A program made the position numbers and the translations under genes. A stretch of 64,000 bases of DNA, from NCBI GenBank assembly GCA_951406725.2, contig OX597814.1, forward strand, positions 218,984,001 to 219,048,000. Direction: 5' to 3'. Below, piece after piece: positions 12,361-24,774 of the stretch (its first letter is position 1; every line of letters begins with the position of its first letter). The notes beneath the pieces are model-generated. The model was given only the letters and a program-made list of their open reading frames with translations, ran no database searches and was not told the origin of the DNA. Origin of the DNA: Octopus vulgaris. Its lineage: Eukaryota.

Positions 12361-13508
12361 AGTATATTTATCCTTCATATGTTTCCACAGAACAACTGTC
12401 ATGAGTTTGACTACAGTTACAAATTAACTGCAAGATTTTCTAAGTGTAACCTATTGTACTTGATACACTCAGTGTACCTGTATTTGACATAAGGTTTTAT
12501 GGCTCCTTTTTTTATATATATATATTTTTTACTTGTTTCAGTCATTTGAATGCAGCCATGCTGGAGCACCACTTTGAAGGGTTTTAGTGAAACAAATCGA
12601 CTGCAGGACTTTTTTTTTTGCTTTTTTAGCCTAGTACTTATTCTAACGGTCTCTTTTGTGAAACTGCTAAGTTACAGGGATGTAAACACACCAACACTGC
12701 TTGTGGGACAAACACAGATACAATGACACACACATAGATATTATATTATATACATGTATATATATATGTATATATATATATGTGTATATATATATATATG
12801 TGTATATCATCATCATCGTTTAACGTCCGTTTTCTGCACTAGCACGGGTTGGACGGTTCGACCGGGGTCTGGGAAGCCAGAAGGCTGCACTAGGCTCCAG
12901 TCTGATCTGGCAGAGTTTCTACGGCTGGATGCCCTTCCTAACGCCAACCATATATATATATATATATATCATCATCATCATCATCATCATCATATTTAAC
13001 ATCCAGCGTCAATGCTGGCATGGATTGGATGGTTTGATCAGAGCTAGCAAACTGGGGGAGCTGCACCAGACTCCAGTCTGATTTGGCAGGGTTTCTACAC
13101 TTGGATGCCCTTCCTAATTCCAACGCCATTAGAGTGTGGTGTGTGCTTTTATGTGGCACTGCACATAATAAATATATATACACACACATACACTGTTTCT
13201 TTCAGTTTCTGTCTACTAAATCCATTCACAAGGCTTTGTCAGCCTGGGGCTATAATTGAAGAGACTTGCCTAACGTGCCATGCAGTGGAACGGAACCCAG
13301 AACCATGTGGTTGAGAAGCAAGCTCTTACTACACAGTCCCTATTTACTTCCCAGTATAAGTTTTCAGTTCACAATTAGAACTCATCAAAGTGAGAAGACT
13401 GAATAAACGTTGTCTTCCTTCAAACTCTGATTTCTTAAGTGATTTTTATAAAACATATTTTTGTAGGTCATTCGAAGAGTTATGATGGCTGGGAAATTGA
13501 TGAGATAG

Positions 13509-13761
13509 AATCACCATAGCCAAAAGTTCACACCTTGCTCTTTCTATTATACTGTGTCTTTATAGCCAAAATACTAAAGTACAAAATAGAGTCCTAATCA
13601 CCATAGCCAAAAGTTCACACCTTGCTCTATCTATTATACTGTGTCTTTATGGCCAAAATACTAAAGTACAAAATAGAGTCCTAATCACCATAGCCAAAAG
13701 TTCACACCTTGCTCTATCTATTATACTGTGTCTTTATGGCCAAAATACTAAAGTACAAAAT
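13509..13761. repeat. 87-bp tandem repeat, ~2.9 copies
   Basis: aatcaccatagccaaaagttcacacc at 13509, 13596, 13683. Confidence 0.95.
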
Positions 13762-14714
13762 AAAATTATAATATTTAGCCTATTGATAGATAACATAACA
13801 GATACTACATCATCATCATCATCATTTAGCGTCCGCTTTCCATGCTAGCATGGGTTGGATGGTTCAACTGGGGTCTGTGAAGCCAGAAGGCAGCATCAGG
13901 CCCAGTCTGATCTGGCAGTGTTTCTACGGCTGGATGCCCTTCCTAACGATGAATATATCCCAGAAACAGTATTAACAGAAATGAGGTATAAATTCTGCAT
14001 GAGCCTAATGAGGAGAAACTGGAAGACGGATAGAGATGGGTGATGTGACTACAGCTCAAGAAATAAAGGGCTTAAGGATTCCAGAACCCTATGACATACA
14101 TGAATGAAACCTTCAAATGCAACATGGACTTTAAGATCAAGACATCTAGAGTTGTGAATGAAACAAAGAACCTTACATGAGAAATGGATGGGCATTCTTA
14201 AAAAATCTATGAATGCCTGTCACTGGCAAAGTTTTGAGCAGGAGCAGAGTCCAGCCAAATAGTAGATAGCATGATGATGGTGTGATAACAGAGTGGCAAG
14301 CCTAGAATGAAGATAAAGAAAAGAGGCAGCAGAAAGCTAGATCTAATGTTAACTGTCACACTTATCTAGCTAGAAGAGAAGCATGTATGTTAATTGACAA
14401 TTAAACGAATGTATGCGAATGATAAGTTAATTAGAGGATCAGAGAAAAGTAATAAGAAATATAAATATAGTGGAATGGAAGAAACTAGAATGTCATAGGA
14501 GAGAAATGTCTGAAATAATCTCCACCAGACTAATTTCCCAACCAGTTTGGCTGATATCCAACTGGATATTCTAAGGGTCAATGCTTATCAGAAATATGGG
14601 AATGCTGATGGAATTCTAGAGAGTTGAAACCCTGGGAAAGAAGGATATGGAATAGTACCAGTACAATATTTGGGGAGGCCTGTCTTTCATCTCATCATTA
14701 ATAAGAATTTTTTT

Positions 14715-15041
14715 GGAAGCACTCCGTTGGTTACGACGACGAGGGTTCCGGTTGATCCGAATCAACGGAACAGCCTGCTCGTGAAATTAACGTGTAAGTG
14801 GCTGAGCACTCCACAGACACGTGTACCCTTAACGTAGTTTTCGGGGATATTCAGCGTGACACAGAGAGTGACAAGGCCGGCCCTTTGAAATACAGGTACA
14901 ACAGAAACAGGAAGAAAGAGTGAGAGAAAGTTGTGGTGAAAGAGTACAGCAGGGATCACCACCATCCCCTGCCGGAGCCTCGTGGAGCTTTTAGGTGTTT
15001 TCGCTCAATAAACACTCACAACGCCCGGTCTGGGAATCGAA
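14715..15041 (-). mobile_element. tRNA-derived SINE family A, 5'-truncated
   Basis: Same body as 8184-8566. Confidence 0.9.
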
Positions 15042-15222
15042 AAGAGAATATGATACAAGAATGTTGTAAGTGGGTCTGGATGATGCTCAAGGGATTTGGT
15101 TGTCATGTACCATTGCAGGATTTTTTCAAAGAAGATGAGTTCAAGAAAACATATCAAGTAAAAGTTGCACATAGATACACACACAAATTTATTGAATGAA
15201 TTATTTAACTTTTCTTACTTAC

Positions 15223-15283
15223 TTTTCATTTGAAAGTAAATAAAGGGCTGTTGCCGTTCCTATGACTTCCTGCATATCTGAAC
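15223..15283 (-). CDS. SLC11A2: NRAMP/SLC11 coding exon 5
   Basis: (G)SDMQEVIGTATALYLLSNE(K), the conserved SDMQEVIG motif; tttcag acceptor, gtaagt donor; 61 nt, phase 1-2. Confidence 0.96.
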
Positions 15284-15388
15284 CTGAAATATTTATTAGA
15301 ATCATTGATTAAATCCATTTCCATACATTTTCATAATTTACATGCAGGAACACAAGCATAGATGTATATGCAGACAAATGCAAACACA

Positions 15389-16290
15389 CATCATCATCAT
15401 CATCATCATCATTTAGCGTCCGTTTTCCATGCTAGCATGGGTTGGACGGTTTAACTGGGGTCTGTGAAGCCGGAAGGCTTCATCAGGCCCAGTCAGATTT
15501 GGCAGTGTTTCTACGGCTGGATGCCCTTCCTAACGCCAACCACTCCGCGAGTGTAGTGGGTGTTTTTTACGTGCCACCTGCACAGGTGCCAGACAGAGCT
15601 GGCGAACGGCCACGAACGGATGGTGTTTTTACGTGTCACCGGCACGGGGCCAGGCAATGCTGGCTACGAACACGAACGGATGGTGCTTTTACGTGCCACC
15701 GACACGGGGCCAGACAGAGCTGGCAAACAGCCACGAACGGACGGTGCTTTTACGTGTCACCTGCACGGGGGCCAGCCGGGGCTGGCAACGAACATGAACG
15801 GATGGTGCTTTTACGTGCCACGGACACGGAGCCAGACAGAGCTGGCAAACGGCCACGAACGGACGGTGCTTTTACGTGTCACCGGCACGGGGCCAGCCGA
15901 GGCTGGCAACGGACACGAACGGACGGTGCTTTTATGTGCCACCAACACTGGGCCAGACGGAGCTGGCAAATGGCCACGAACGGACGGTGCTTTTACGTGT
16001 CACCGGCACGGGGCCAGGCGAGGCTGGCAACGAACACGAACGGATGGTGCTTTTATGTGCCACCGACACGGGGGCCAGACAGAGCTGGCAAATGGCCACG
16101 AGCGAATGGTGCTTTTACGTATCACCGACACGGGTGCCAGACGAGGCTGACAGTGGACACGAACAGATGGGTCACTTAACCCCTGCTTTCTGATATATGA
16201 TTTGATTTTGATTGTTCTCACTGGTCTTGCCGGGTCTTCTGATGCACAGCATACTTCCATAGGTCTCGGTCTCTGGTCATTTCCTTGGTG
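15389..16290 (-). mobile_element. RTE-tail element with expanded ~61-bp GC-rich tandem array (about 10 units, 15560-16170)
   Basis: (CAT)n + gtccgttttccatgctagcatgggttggacgg end; repeated ggtgcttttacgtgtcaccggcacggggccag..gctggcaa; shorter copies at ~12810, 13810, 21960, 26410-26695, 32426, 36790, 43225, 51500-51750, 52230-52518. Confidence 0.85.
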
Positions 16291-16511
16291 AGAGACACAC
16301 ATACATAAATAAATGCATACATACACACACACATACATAAATAAATGCATACATACACACACACATACATAAATAAATGCATACATACACACACACACAT
16401 ACATAAATAAATGCATACATACACACACACACATACATAAATAAATGCATACATACACACACACATACATCTTGTATCCAGAATGAAAAAGCTGAACGAA
16501 TGAAAGAATTA

Positions 16512-17376
16512 CGACATGGTATCAAAGAATTCCCAGACCAGTTCCAAAGCACGCCAACAGATGGCAGTGCAAGGCTGTGTGTGCAATTGAGAGCTAGCAT
16601 TGACCTTCATGAGGCAGTGTGCCAAGTGGCATCGTTTTAACTTTGCAACTTGTGTTTCTGCATTCATGGGTCTGCTGTAGTTTTCGATTTTTGTCATGGA
16701 CAGGAAGTAGAAACAAAGAGCCAACGTGAAATTTTGCGTTAAACTTGGGAAGTCTGCTACCGATACAACTCTGAGACAAAGCAGCAGTCATCACTATGGA
16801 AGAGCCCTTCATCTCCGTGACCAAAAAAGGCACAACTGAACCGCAGCTCAATCAACAGCATGGTCTTCATATTGTGCATCAAAAATTCATCCCCCAGGGT
16901 TAGACTTTCAATCGAGAGTTCTTCTGTGAAGTTTTGAAGAATTTGAGGGAGGACATTTAGCAAAAATAACCGGATCTCTGGAGGGTGAAGAATTGAATTC
17001 TTCACGGTGACAATGCACTCTGTCACTGAGCTCTCCTCACTTGTGAGTTTCTTGCCAAAAACAACATGGCATCACTCCTGCACCTGCCCTATTTGACAGA
17101 TTTAGCACCAGCAGACTTCCATCTCTTCTCCAAGATGAAAATGCAGCTCAAAGGTTTTCTGTTTTAACACCATTCTTGAGATCAAGAGCGTTTCACAGAA
17201 GGTTCTTGACTCACAGAAAACAACTTCCAAGCCAGATTCCAAAAGTGGTAGGAATGCTGGAACCGGTGTATTGTTGCACACCATGACCATTTCAAAGGAG
17301 ATGACATTAAAACTTAGGTAAATAAGATATTTTTTATTAAACATAACTAGTCTAAGAACTTTTTGATACCACCTTG
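16512..17376 (+). mobile_element. Internally deleted Tc1/mariner element
   Basis: TA-flanked imperfect TIRs (cgacatggtatcaaagaattcccagaccagtt / aactagtctaagaactttttgataccaccttg); decayed transposase segments QRANVKFCVKLGKSAT, ILHGDNA, DLAPADF. Confidence 0.85.
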
Positions 17377-17633
17377 TATGACAAATTCAGTGATTAATTC
17401 TAGCTATTGAGGCAGAACGGATCAAAGAATATAAAGGAAACTTTACTATCATTTTCTAAATCTATGTCCTACATTATCACAATAGCAATTAATCTGTGTT
17501 TTTAAATCATGCATGAATAAACTGTGCTTATTAACATTTTATTAATTTAATAAACAAATTTAGAACAATTAATATGCTAGACATGATGCAACAGCTTAGT
17601 AGCTCATTTCCATTCATGTAGGAGTGATATATA

Positions 17634-17945
17634 AGTGGAGGCGCAATGGCCCAGTGGTTAGGGCAGTGGACTCGCAGTCGGAGGATCATGGTTTCGATTC
17701 CCAGACCAGGTGCTCTGTGTGTTTATTGAGCAAAAACACCTAAAAGCTCCACGAGGTTCCGGCAGGGGGTGGTGGTGACCCCTGTTGTACCCTTTCGCCA
17801 CAACTTTCTCTCACTCTCTCTTGCTGTTTCTTGAGTAATGCTGCGATGGACTGGTGTCCCGTCCAACTGAGGGGAACACATACACCACAGAAACCGGGAA
17901 TGCGGGCCCACAAGCCTGGCTAGGCTTGAAAATGGCGACAAGAGA
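17634..17945 (+). mobile_element. tRNA-derived SINE family A variant (different 3' half)
   Basis: Same tRNA head, divergent tail. Confidence 0.8.
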
Positions 17946-19405
17946 AGAGTAGTGATATATGTTGCCATTCTTTTATTTTCATCACTCCAAACCCCAACAG
18001 AACAGTTTAACTATTGGTCTTCATGTGGCAGTGATATGAGCTTCTTCCTTCTTTCTTTTTATATCACCCTTACTCTCCAGTTTAGCTACTTATCTTCATG
18101 TAGCAGTTGACACAGACACAAGCAAAGAGTCAAAAGATGTCCCATGTTTAAATGAAAAGTGTTAATTTGATAGTTCGTTTATTCATAGTAACCTGGAAAT
18201 CTGTATATTCTTTCATTCTTTTATTCGTTGCAGTCATATGGCTGCAGCCATGCTGGAGCACCGCCTTAAAGGGTTTTTAATTGAACAAATCGATCCCAGG
18301 ACATTTTTTAAAGCCTAGTACTTATTCTATCAGTCTGTTTTGCTGAACCACTAAGTTATGGGGATGTAAACACACCAACACCAGTTGTCAAGTGGTGATG
18401 GGGGGGGACAAATACAGACACAAAGACACACACGCACACACACACAGAATGAGATTATTTCAGTTTCCATCTCCCAAAGCCACTCACAAGGCTTTGGTTG
18501 TTCCAAGGTTTATAGTAGAAGACAATTTCCCAAGGTGCCACACAGTGGGACAGAACCTGGAACCGAGACTTTTTCAGTTCTAGACACAATATTGATGCAT
18601 TTTGAACTTTGCACTTAAGTGGTGTTTGAAATTTTTACACAAAGCTTAATCTAATACAGCAGACATGTATATCAGGGGACAGACTTAGCTCTGACAGATT
18701 GCATTTCTCTAAGGTCATTTTTGTGTATATTTTACCATTTGACATGAAGCCCTGTCATCTCTGAGTGGATGTTGTCTCTCCATGTTTGAGCAGTGGAAAA
18801 TATAAAGTGTTCAGAATTTCCATTGCCAACATACACCACTGGCTTTGATCAGGGCTGGATTTATAGGGGTGCAGAAGGAGCAATTGCCCTAGGCATCTAG
18901 ATATTGGAGGACCCTTCTAGGAAAGGTATATAGCACTCAATACAGGAAGCCCCCACCTCCCAGCAATCAAGCATGATGAGGCTCTCTTTCAATATACAAA
19001 GGTATCTTGCGCCTTCTTTAAAAATGTAAAGGATTCTCTTTTATGATTAATACCCATAGATTTTTGCCACTTTAGAGACACCAAATAATTCAATTAAAAC
19101 ACAGTTTTATACCCAGTCACAAAACACAATTCCCAAGGAAATTGTATAGGCTTTTGGGATGACAAAGAAAAGGGAAACAAGAAAACACTCCTGAAACTGT
19201 ATGTATGTATGCTATGTATATGTGAGTATATGTGTTTGTGTAAGTATAAATGTATATAAAGATATAAAAATTGATAGAAAAATATTATTTTTATCTCTAG
19301 GTCAAACTAGGTCAAATCTTCAACGCATGATTGATCTTGACCTCGGCTTGACTAATAGCAGTTGCAGGCATGCACTCAGACACACACGCATGCGCACGCA
19401 CGCAC

Positions 19406-19443
<38 letters not shown>

Positions 19444-20588
19444 TTCTACTTCTAAACTTGTTTCAGTGAGGATTTGAAAACTGGTCTTATTTTATGAAGC
19501 AAGTAAGGAAAGAAAACTTTTGAATTTAGTTTTCATTATAGAATCCACATCTCTCAACAGCTAAAAGTATTTGTTTTCAGCTTTAGAATAATTGCATATA
19601 GATTCAAATGTTTCATTAAATCATGCAGGTCAAACAATGATGGAAAGGCTCCCTTGTTGGTTGCATTTGTTTAGTAGATATCAATGGTCAGAGTCAGTAA
19701 ATTGCTTGGAAACAGGTGAAGGTTGGTGACAGGTGAGGATTGGTGACAGGTGGGGTGTCCTACTTTAGTAAAAATCTCCCTCAGCAAATTTCACCTGACA
19801 AGCATGGAAAAGTGGACATCAAAATGATCATGATGGCCATATATATTTTCCAGCATGGAAAATGAACTGCTTTCCAACCAGATGGTTCCAGGTTCAGTCC
19901 CACTGCATGGCACCTTGGGCAAGTGCCTTCTACTATAGCTTCGGGCCAACCCAACCCTTGTGAGAGGATTAGGCAGATGGAAACTGAAAGAAGCCTATCA
20001 GATGTGTGTGTGTGTGTGTGTTTGTCTCCCCCACCATCACTTGATGTGTTTACACTCCCGTAACTTAGCAGTTCAGCAAAACAGACCAATAGAATAAGTA
20101 CTAGGCTTACAAAGAATGGAATAAGTCCTGGGGTCAATTTGTTTGACTGAAGGCAGTGCTCCAGCATGACTGCAGTCAAATGACTGAAACAAGTAAGAGA
20201 ATAAAAGAATACAAACACACTCATGCAAGTGTGAAGTGTGTGCGTATGTATGTGAACGCACAGGAACGTCTATGCTCCACGTCTCTCTCTCTGCTTGAGC
20301 AAAATGGCAATAATGCTGAAAATACTTATGAGCTTTATGACTAGTCACTCTGTCCTGTCAGAGATGTCTAACATAAAATCCCTTACACTTAAGAAGACAA
20401 GTAAGGAATGGCAACTGGAAGAGCATCTGGCCATAAAATCCAACTTCAAATGAATTCTAATCCAAGCAGCTAAAGATGAAAAGAGGATGAACAAACAAAC
20501 ATAAAAGCATAAAATATGACAGTGTAATCGGTGTCTAGTATGGAAGTACAGAAGCGCAAGAAATATAGTGAGATCATTAATAGGCTCG

Positions 20589-20770
20589 TAGGCGCAGGAG
20601 TGGCTGTGTGGTAAGTAGCTTGCTTACCAACCATATGGTTGCAAGTTCAGCCCCACTGCGTGGCACCTTGGACAAGTGTCTTCTACTATAGCCTCGGGCT
20701 GACCAAAGCCTTGTGAGTGGATTTGGTAGACGGAAACTGAAAGAAGCCCGTCGTATATATGTATGTATAC

Positions 20771-20806
<36 letters not shown>

Positions 20807-20890
20807 GTGTTTGTCCCCCCAACATCCCTTGACAACTGATGATGGTGTGTTTACGTCCCCGTAACTGAGCAGTTTGGCAAAAGAGCCAGA
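20589..20890 (+). mobile_element. SINE family C (CORE-like) with internal (TA/TG)n
   Basis: ggcgcaggagtggctgtgtggtaag..ttcagccccactgcgtggcaccttgg.caagtg; other copies ~2460, 13195, 18215, 19870, 45545, 47604. Confidence 0.85.
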
Positions 20891-20937
20891 AGATTATGAT
20901 TGGAATGCCATTCATCAGAGATCTACTAGACTAAAAG

Positions 20938-21323
20938 GTGGAGGTGCAATGGCCCAGTGGTTAGGGCAGCGGACTCGCAGTCATAGGATCGCGGTTTCGA
21001 TTCCCAGACCAGGCGTTGTGAGTGTTTATTGAGCGAAAACACCTAAAAAGCTCCACAAGGCTCCAGCAGGGGATGGTGGTGATCCCTGCTGTGCTCTTTC
21101 ACCACAACTTTCTCTCACTCTTACTTCCTGTTTCTGTTGTACCTGTATTTCAAGGGGCCGGCCTTGTCACTCTCTGTGTCACGCTGAATATCCCTGAGAA
21201 CTACGTTAAGGGTGCACATATCTGTGGAGTGCTCAGCCACTTACACGTTAATTTCACGAGCAGGCTGTTCCGTTGATTCGGATCAACCGGAACCCTCATC
21301 GTCGTAACTGACGGAGTGCTTCC
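20938..21323 (+). mobile_element. tRNA-derived SINE family A, full length
   Basis: Same sequence as other copies. Confidence 0.9.
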
Positions 21324-21585
21324 AAAAGAAACTTAACCAAAACCAATATGAGAAAATAAACAATACATACATTTTAACTTTACAACAATGTTGTAAACGT
21401 ATGTTAGAATAGTTTGATGTCTAATGATAAATATTGTTATTAATATCATTAAACAATAATAACAAAGTAGAAGTTTAATATGAAAGTACATGCTTTTCTT
21501 TCTTTTACTACTATTTCAGATTAAATTACTTTCCGAATAAACTAAAGTCAAGAAAAGCAAGAGAACACGGTCAAATAAAACTTAC

Positions 21586-21751
21586 CTATGATTGCAATTT
21601 CGACCATAATCCATAATATCAAACGTGGTATTCGGTGGTAATATGTGTAGCAAATCTCGGCAAGGTGCATGCCTGTGACAACTCCCAGCCTTGCAGCAAG
21701 TCGTTGCATTAACAGACCAAGTATTGTTGCTGACATCAAAACCCATAGTAA
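21586..21751 (-). CDS. SLC11A2: NRAMP/SLC11 coding exon 4
   Basis: [55 protein letters not shown](G); aaatag acceptor, gtaagt donor; 166 nt, phase 0-1. Confidence 0.97.
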
Positions 21752-22720
21752 CTATTTGGAAATATATACAAATATATATATAAACAAAAAAAAGTCAAGT
21801 ATTATGCAAGTGTAAGGCATAAATTTTAAAAGATAAAATAAGATATTTCCCTCCATATATACGTTAAGAATGTGATGAGAAAACTCAATGGAATTTTAGC
21901 AACTGAGCACTACCCCATATTTGATACTTTTTATCTTGTTTCATATATATATATATATCATCATCATCATTATCATCATCATTTAATGTCCGCTTTCCAT
22001 GCTGGCATGGGTTGGATGATTTATCTGGGGACTGGCATGCCAGGAGGCTGCACTAGGCTCTAATCTGATCTGGCAAGATTTCTACAGCTGGATGCCCTTC
22101 CCAACACCAACCACTCCAAGAGTGTAGTGGGTGCTTTTAGATGCCACCGGCACAAGGGCCAGTTTTGCTTTACTGGCAACGGCCATGCTCAAAATGGTGT
22201 TTTTTACGTGCCACCTTGCACAGGAGTCAGTCCAGCGGGACTGGCAACAACCTCGCCCGAATATTTTGTTCATGTGCCAGTAAGGCGACGCTGGTAACGA
22301 TCACGCTCAAATGGTGCTTTTCACATGCCACCGGCACAGAAGCCAGACAGCTGCTCTGGAAGTGATCCCGCTCAGATGGAGCTGTTAGTGCTCCACTGGC
22401 ACAGGTGCCAGTCATCGAATTTGGTTCAATTTCGATTTCACTTGCCCCATCAGGTCTTCACAAGCAGAGTTTAGTGTCCAATGAAGAGAGGTTGGCATAG
22501 GTGCCAGTCGTCGAATTTGGTTCGATTTCGAAATATATATATATATATACAAATTGAGATAGGGGTTGTAAATGCAACCCTCCATGGGATAACATATATC
22601 CAATATACTGCTAGTGATGTACCCAACAAAGTTAATACATAAATGTTAATGATTGCGATGCAATCAATTCATTTACTGTATTATATAGGCAAAGGTAAAA
22701 TGATTTACTACAAAATAATA

Positions 22721-22835
22721 ATACAAGAAAAGAAAATGGAGAAATACATCTAAATCAAATATCAATTACCAGATGAGTATTATCTGGTAATTGATATTTG
22801 ATTTAGATGTATTTCTCCATTTTCTTATCTTGTAT
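22721..22835. repeat. Near-perfect hairpin (~54-bp arms)
   Basis: atacaagaaaagaaaatggag...ccagat / atctgg...ctccattttcttatcttgtat. Confidence 0.92.
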
Positions 22836-22875
22836 ATATATATATATATATAAATAACTTCTACAGGGAAAATGC

Positions 22876-22921
22876 TTGCAATGACTTCAAAGTTTCAGCT
22901 TGCTTCCTTCATTAGACAATG
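22876..22921 (-). ncRNA. Decayed minimal hammerhead (G5>A)
   Basis: CUAAUGA-AGGAAGCAAGCU-GAAAC-UUUGAA-GUC; stem I poor. Confidence 0.35.
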
Positions 22922-23474
22922 GTTTATTTTGGTTCTTTCTGATTTCATATAATCTTTGACAAGTTGGTTTTTCAGTAGGTGGAGTAGTGTGAATGATAGT
23001 TATGTGTAGCGTAGATAGGCAGGGAAAGTATTTGTATAGGAAGGGAAGTGACTGGAGGAGAATAGGAAAAAAGTATGTGTTTGTAGGGTGTGGATTGATA
23101 GAAAGGTATGGTGAAGAGATTTATTTTGGTTTGATATGGAAATTTTATCGTTTAGGGTGAATTTCCTATACTATGTATTGTGAAGTGAAGAATACACAGA
23201 ATCTAACATTATTATTAATAATAATAATAATAATATTAGTAATAATTAAATATTATATGTGTACTCATGGATATGGATGTATATGTATGCTCCAGTATAT
23301 ATATATATAATTAATTGTCTATATGCTTGTACGTATGTTTAATTATGTCTTTTTATATATTTATGTACATGTATACGTGTATATATTTGCTTATGTATGT
23401 ATATGTATATATATATATTAAATTGTGCATGTATCTTGTTTTATGTATATATTTATATTTTGAATATACTTTAT

Positions 23475-23599
23475 AATCTCTGACAAGGCCTATGTATATA
23501 TATAAGTACCTCATTTTTAACTGCCTACCACCTCAATACAGTTGACATGTATAGGTACAAGTTGCTTTTTTCCATAGGCTGAAACAGCTGTAAGTGATT
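23475..23599 (+). ncRNA. Decayed hammerhead ribozyme (G8>A)
   Basis: CUGACAA-GGCCUAUG[~78 nt]CAUAGGCU-GAAAC-AGCU-GUA; core G8 mutated. Confidence 0.55.
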
Positions 23600-23669
23600 T
23601 TAATCATTTATATTAATGTTTCTTTTAATAATTACTTGTATTCTTATCTTATATGCATTGAATTTTATA

Positions 23670-23717
<48 letters not shown>

Positions 23718-23940
23718 TATTATGGTTGTCGTTTTGAAAAATAAATAAGTGAACATTCTAATATCCTAAAGCTGATAAACCAACTAATGTGTTTCTCCAT
23801 TTTCTTATTTGTAATATATATATATATTTTTTTTTTTTTTTTAAATAGGATAAAATCTTTATAAGAAATTATCAAGTAGTTAGTGTGAAAAACCTCGTAA
23901 GAGAAAAATTCTGTAAATTTTTCCAACTTTGAAAATACTT

Positions 23941-24178
23941 ATTTATATTATATAGAGGGTACTATTATTCATAGGTACCGCACACTAGGAGGGACCTTTG
24001 CAGTCAAAACTACTAAAATAAACAAATTGTACCGAATGCAAAACTTCAAAGCGAGTCATTTAAAAACATGACTCGCTTTGAAGTTTTGCATTCGGTACAA
24101 TTTATTTATTTTAGTAGTTTTGACTGCAAAAGTCCCTCCTAGCGTGCGGTACCTATGAATAATAGTACCCTCTATATA

Positions 24179-24186
<8 letters not shown>
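23941..24186. repeat. Long fold-back palindrome (119-bp arms, 8-nt loop)
   Basis: 23941-24059 vs 24068-24186, about 3 mismatches; followed by (TA)n. Confidence 0.95.
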
Positions 24187-24235
<49 letters not shown>

Positions 24236-24332
24236 GGAGTAAACACATAAATGTGAAACAAGGTGGAAAAAAGAGTACTCAAATACCAGTGGTAGAGTAA
24301 TATGCTTTATTTAAAGCAGCAGAAAATTCAAC

Positions 24333-24380
24333 AAAATCTGTTACTCTGAGTTTCTTGTTGCCGTTCATCAGACAGTTTTT
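24333..24380 (-). ncRNA. Minimal type I hammerhead ribozyme
   Basis: AAAACUGU-CUGAUGA-ACGGCAACAA-GAAAC-UCAGA-GUA-ACAGAUUUU; near-palindromic stem III (ACUCAGAGU); stem II weak or absent. Confidence 0.7.
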
Positions 24381-24496
24381 GCTAGAATGGAACCGATATA
24401 TCAATTCAATCCAGAGTCTGGATTGAATTGATATATAAAAACTGTCTGATGATCAGAGTAACAGATTTTGTTGAATTTTCTGCTGCTTTAAATAAA

Positions 24497-24538
<42 letters not shown>

Positions 24539-24651
24539 GATACAAAACGTAAATTTAAAAATTTAATCATGTCAAGAAGAACAAATTAAAACAACAGGTG
24601 TTTACATGCAATATTCATATACCATAAAATGCTCAATATGCAAACCATTAC

Positions 24652-24774
24652 CTTAAATCCAGCTTTAGCACCTGACTGCAAGTCTGATTCAATATTTCCT
24701 GGGTCCAGGTAAGCAATGCTCATCAAGAAGCCAGGGCCAGTGAAAGCCCATAATTTACGAAAACTGAATTTATA
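24652..24774 (-). CDS. SLC11A2: NRAMP/SLC11 coding exon 3 (TM1, DPGN metal-binding motif)
   Basis: [41 protein letters not shown]; tttcag acceptor, gtaatg donor; 123 nt, phase 0-0. Confidence 0.98.

Noticed and set aside
13509-13761. CRISPR-like periodicity
   Set aside because: Head-to-tail identical units with no unique spacers, in a eukaryotic intron without cas genes
15442-16179. 245-aa and overlapping ORFs
   Set aside because: Translation of a tandem array within an RTE tail; no gene-like features
20938-21010. tRNA gene candidates at SINE heads (also a degenerate one near 42035-42095)
   Set aside because: They continue into SINE bodies and lack a complete cloverleaf and terminator
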